DNA of 34,266 nucleotides, taken from assembly GCA_026399445.1 (NCBI GenBank), contig JAPLRA010000121.1, positions 1 to 34,266 on the forward strand, given 5' to 3'. The position numbers and the translations under genes are program-made. Positions 30,901 to 34,266 of the stretch are shown one piece after another; the first letter of the stretch is position 1; every line of letters begins with the position of its first letter. The notes below the pieces were generated by a model. The model saw only the letters and a list, made by a program, of their open reading frames with translations, ran no database searches and was not told where the DNA came from. Source of the stretch: Sulfuritalea sp. Its GTDB lineage: Bacteria > Pseudomonadota > Gammaproteobacteria > Burkholderiales > Rhodocyclaceae.

Positions 30901-31314
30901 ATGGACTTCGCATTTACCGTGGAATGGGGTTTGGCCGGCCTGTTTCTCGCCAGCTTTCTTTCCGCAACGCTGCTGCCGGGCGGCTCGGAAGCCGTGCTGT
31001 TCGCCGTCATCAGGATGCATCCCGAGCAAATGGCGTCGGCACTGGTGCTGGCGACGCTGGGCAATACGCTGGGCGGCATGACGACCTATTTCATGGGCCG
31101 GTTGCTGCCGCAACACCTCGCTCCCGAAAAATCGGCGCTGACGAAACGGCACGGACCGCCCATCCTGCTGCTGGCGTGGACGCCCATCGTTGGCGATGCC
31201 CTGTGCGCGGCCGCCGGTTGGCTGCGCCTGCCGCCAATACCCTGTGCGTTGTGGATGGCGCTTGGAAAAGCGGCGCGCTATGTTCTGGTGGTGGTCGGCG
31301 CCGGGATGGTCTGA
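30901..31314 (+). CDS. yqaA: YqaA/DedA (SNARE-associated) membrane protein
   Basis: FLSATLLPGGSE, GNTLGG, W.PIVGDALC, GKAARY. Confidence 0.9.
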   Translation: MDFAFTVEWGLAGLFLASFLSATLLPGGSEAVLFAVIRMHPEQMASALVLATLGNTLGGMTTYFMGRLLPQHLAPEKSALTKRHGPPILLLAWTPIVGDALCAAAGWLRLPPIPCALWMALGKAARYVLVVVGAGMV

Positions 31315-32645
31315 GCCGAGATCCGCAGAAAGTATGCCAGCACACCCGCGCCGGCTATCGCCAGACTCGCCACGCCCGCCATCCAAAAACCGGCGGCGCC
31401 GCGCGGCGCGCCAAAGGTATCGGTCAGTCCCAGCAGGTAGCCGCCGCCCAGACCAACGCCCCACAGCGACAGCGCATAAATCACCATCGGCACCATGGCG
31501 CGCTTGTAACCACGCAGCACCTGGGCCATGACCGCCTGCACGGCGTCGGCCAAGTGATAGATGGCGACGAGGGACAGAAGCATCGCAGCAGCAGCAGCGA
31601 CTGCAGGATCAGAGGTGTAGGCGCGCGCCAGCGGCCCGGCGCCGAAGCCGATCGCCGCGCCGAGAATGGCGGCAGCGCCGCAGCCAACCGCCAAACCAAG
31701 CAAACCTGCGTGCCGCGCGCGCCGACTTTCGCCGGCACCCAGCGCCTGCCCGACCACCACACCGGTGGCGCTGCCCAAGGCCATCGGCACCATGAAGACG
31801 AAGACCGCGACATTGGCGGCAATCTGGTGCGCGGCCGAAACTTCGGGGCCGAGCCGGGCGATGAACAGCGACATGAAAGTGAAGGCGGTGACATCGACCA
31901 GGAAGGTGGCGCCCATCGGCAGGCCCAGCATCAGGAATTCGCGCAGCGCCGACAGACGCGGCCGTTCGAAACCGGTGAAGACGCCATACGGCGCGTACTC
32001 GGCATCCTGCCGGCACCACAGCCAGGCCAGGGTCGCAATGACCCACATGATGACGGCCGACGACCAGCCGCAGCCGGCGCCACCCATGGCCGGAAAGCCG
32101 AAGTGGCCGTACATGAAGACCCAGTTGAGCGGCGCTTTCATGGCCAGGCCGAGCAGGTTGAAGCTCATCACCGGGCGCGGCCGGCCGATGCCGGTGGTGA
32201 AGCCGTAGAAGACGCGGAAGAACATCACGCCGGGCACTGCCCAGGCCGTGCCGTCGAGATAGGCGCGCACCCTGAGCTCCACCTCCGGCGTCAGGCGCGA
32301 AAATGCCAGCAGCGGATCGGGATTTTTCAAGGCAACGAAGGCGAGCACCGACAGGGCCACGGCCAGCCAAACGCATTGCCGCACGTCGGCGCCGATCTCC
32401 TGATAGCGACCCGCACCGTAATGGTGGGCCACCACCGGGGTGAGCGCGAGCAGCACGCCGATCATCGCCATGATGACGGTGACGTAAATGCTGGCGCCGA
32501 TGCCTACCGCCGCCAGATCGACCGACGAGAGCCGGCCGGCCATCAGCGTATCGATCACGCCGTTGGCCATCACCGCCGCCTGCCCGATCAGGACCGGCCA
32601 GGCCAGGTGCAGCAGTTCGCGCGGGAGGGAGCGTTGCGCAGGCAT
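31278..32645 (-). CDS. norM: MATE family efflux transporter
   Basis: LAWPVLIGQ, IDTLMAG, FG.PAMGGAG, LGLPMG, AAHQIA; about 12 TM segments. Confidence 0.9.
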   Translation of the reverse strand: MPAQRSLPRELLHLAWPVLIGQAAVMANGVIDTLMAGRLSSVDLAAVGIGASIYVTVIMAMIGVLLALTPVVAHHYGAGRYQEIGADVRQCVWLAVALSVLAFVALKNPDPLLAFSRLTPEVELRVRAYLDGTAWAVPGVMFFRVFYGFTTGIGRPRPVMSFNLLGLAMKAPLNWVFMYGHFGFPAMGGAGCGWSSAVIMWVIATLAWLWCRQDAEYAPYGVFTGFERPRLSALREFLMLGLPMGATFLVDVTAFTFMSLFIARLGPEVSAAHQIAANVAVFVFMVPMALGSATGVVVGQALGAGESRRARHAGLLGLAVGCGAAAILGAAIGFGAGPLARAYTSDPAVAAAAAMLLSLVAIYHLADAVQAVMAQVLRGYKRAMVPMVIYALSLWGVGLGGGYLLGLTDTFGAPRGAAGFWMAGVASLAIAGAGVLAYFLRISAQTIPAPTTTRT

Positions 32646-32692
32646 GCGCGAAGTCTAGCCGAGCTCGATGGCACGGCTGGCCACAGCGGCCG

Positions 32693-33190
32693 CTAAAGTA
32701 TCAGCGGCTGGTCGGGCAGCTCGTTGGGATTGCTCCCACCGGCGGGGAAGTGACGCGCCAGCAGTTCTCCCGCGCGGGCCACCGCCTGCAGTGCGCCGCG
32801 CCGCCATTCACCCTGGCGGAAGCTGGCCTCCAACTCGCGGCAGATGCCGTCCCATTCGGCCTGCGGCACACGCGCGGCAATGCCGCGGTCAGCGAGGATT
32901 TCGACGCGGCGGTCAAGCAACTGCACGTAGATCAGGATGCCGCTGTTTTCTTCCGTGTCCCAGACGCGCAAGCTCGAGAACAACTCGATCGCCCGCGTCC
33001 GTGGCGACACGTCACGCCACAGGGCCGACACCGGCAGGTGACCTTCGACCACCAGGCGCAATTCACCGCGATGCGATTCCTCGCAGGCCGCGATGGCATC
33101 GCCGATCGCCGCCAGATCGGCGCGCGCGAATGCCCGCCGTACGAACCAGTCGGGCAGCAGCAGATGCTTGAACAAGCGTGAAAGCTTCAT
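32693..33190 (-). CDS. TPM domain protein (DUF477)
   Basis: GELRLVVE, VWDTEENSGILIY, DRRVEILADRGI, NPNELPD; ATG at 33190. Confidence 0.9.
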   Translation of the reverse strand: MKLSRLFKHLLLPDWFVRRAFARADLAAIGDAIAACEESHRGELRLVVEGHLPVSALWRDVSPRTRAIELFSSLRVWDTEENSGILIYVQLLDRRVEILADRGIAARVPQAEWDGICRELEASFRQGEWRRGALQAVARAGELLARHFPAGGSNPNELPDQPLIL

Positions 33191-33191
33191 C

Positions 33192-34028
33192 TCACCAATC
33201 CCCCGAAGCGCCGCCGCCGCCGAAGCTGCCGCCGCCCCCCGAAAAGCCGCCGCCCGACGATGAACCGCCGCCGCCAAAGCCACCCAGCGAAAACAGGTTG
33301 AAGAAGGACAGGACGAAAATGACGAAGCCGACCAGCAGTGCCGCCAGCCACGAACCGAAGATGGCAAAGCCCAGCCAGCCAGCAACAGCGGCAGCAATGA
33401 GCGAACCAAAGAAGCCGAAAATCATGCGCAGCACGCCGCCCGCAACCACAGCGGCCATCAACCACGGCAGCAGGTCCGCGTCTTCCGCGCTCTTGCTCGG
33501 TTTGCTTGAAGGCATCGCGGCCGGCGCCGCCGCTGAAGAACCACCCATGGCCTGATCCAGTCCCTCGACCGCAGCACGCAGCCCGCCGAAGAAATCACCC
33601 TGCTTGAAAGCCGGCGCCATGCGCTCGGCAACGATGCGCTTGGCAATCGCGTCAGGAATCGAACCTTCCAATCCGTAGCCGACCTCGATGCGCATCTTGC
33701 GGTCGCTCTTCGCCACGATGACGATGACGCCGTTGTCGGCGCCCGTGTGCCCGATCTTCCAGGCCTCGGCCAAGCGAATGCCGAACTGCTCGATGGCTTC
33801 GGGTTGCGTGCTGGGCAGCAGCAGGATCACGATCTGCGCCCGCCCCGCGCGGTCGATCGCTGCCAGTTGCGCCTCAAGCCGGCCGCGCTGGGTCTCGTCG
33901 AGGGTTGCCGTGAGATCGGTGACGCGCGCGCTCAGGGCCGGCAGCGGGACAAGGTCTGCCGCCATACCCGCGGCCGGCAGCAGCGCCAGCCAGAGCAGCG
34001 TCAGCAGACCGGCGCGGATGCAACGCAC
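33192..34028 (-). CDS. TPM domain protein, YgcG family, with Gly-rich tail
   Basis: RVTDLTATL, IEVGYGLEG, C-terminal GGGGSFGGGGASGDW; GTG start. Confidence 0.9.
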   Translation of the reverse strand: MRCIRAGLLTLLWLALLPAAGMAADLVPLPALSARVTDLTATLDETQRGRLEAQLAAIDRAGRAQIVILLLPSTQPEAIEQFGIRLAEAWKIGHTGADNGVIVIVAKSDRKMRIEVGYGLEGSIPDAIAKRIVAERMAPAFKQGDFFGGLRAAVEGLDQAMGGSSAAAPAAMPSSKPSKSAEDADLLPWLMAAVVAGGVLRMIFGFFGSLIAAAVAGWLGFAIFGSWLAALLVGFVIFVLSFFNLFSLGGFGGGGSSSGGGFSGGGGSFGGGGASGDW

Positions 34029-34266
34029 TTAGGAATAGCCTGGGGAACCGGGGGCAGCAGGAGCCGGCGCAGCGGGCGCGTCAAACTTGATCGCCGGCGG
34101 CGTTGAGATGGCCTTCTCATCCTCGACCGTGAAATTGGCCTTGGTCTTCCAGCCCATGACGCTAGCCGTCAGGCTGTTGGGGAAAGTGCGCACCGAGACG
34201 TTGTACTCCTGCACCGACTTAATGTAGCGGTTGCGCGCCCCCGTGATGCGGTTCTCGGTGCCCTCC
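34029..34266 (-). CDS. lemA: LemA family protein, C-terminal part; truncated by window edge
   Basis: EGTENRI..ARNRYI..VQEYN..VRTFP; upstream of two TPM genes, the usual lemA operon. Confidence 0.88.
   Translation of the reverse strand, partial: EGTENRITGARNRYIKSVQEYNVSVRTFPNSLTASVMGWKTKANFTVEDEKAISTPPAIKFDAPAAPAPAAPGSPGYS

Noticed and set aside
31278-31314. Convergent 3' overlaps (yqaA/MATE 37 nt; also DUF2905/cca 20 nt)
   Set aside because: Short tail-to-tail overlaps are common in compact GC-rich genomes.
29490-32696. 1068-aa plus-strand ORF and other long ORFs such as 188-1576, 16160-17707 and 22717-24474
   Set aside because: Antisense or shadow frames of well-supported genes in high-GC DNA; no recognisable motifs.
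33205-33285. GCC-rich low-complexity tract
   Set aside because: Encodes the normal Gly/Ser tail of YgcG-type TPM proteins.

Overview
GC-rich, gene-dense chromosomal segment, probably from a betaproteobacterium (Rhodocyclales/Sterolibacteriaceae-like; inferred from gene content and order). From left to right it holds: a malonate cluster (GntR regulator with a TTGTATACAA operator, malonyl-CoA decarboxylase, TRAP transporter), yrfG, two tandem exported DsrE proteins and an exported alpha/beta hydrolase, an FAD oxidoreductase, a minus-strand run (rhodanese, TRAP dctPQM, TlpA redoxin, MFS, enoyl-CoA hydratase), a second divergent rhodanese, an SAH riboswitch upstream of metH, and then housekeeping genes (cca, NDUFA9-like, slt, 5-formyl-THF cyclo-ligase, HDOD, PAS-GGDEF-EAL, patB, ilvA, yqaA, MATE, two TPM genes, lemA). 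The main anomalies are four. (1) metH is broken by three different lesions (a ~160-nt deletion, a 35-bp tandem duplication and a 1-nt deletion) while its catalytic motifs remain intact. (2) A structured, MITE/REP-like intergenic element occurs in three copies with covarying hairpins, two of them with TGAAA...TTTCA ends. (3) Related ~33-39-nt segments appear in frame inside unrelated proteins. (4) The GntR gene appears to lack a normal 5' end. I found no CRISPR array, tRNA, rRNA, transposase or prophage. All family assignments come from motif recognition, not from database searches.
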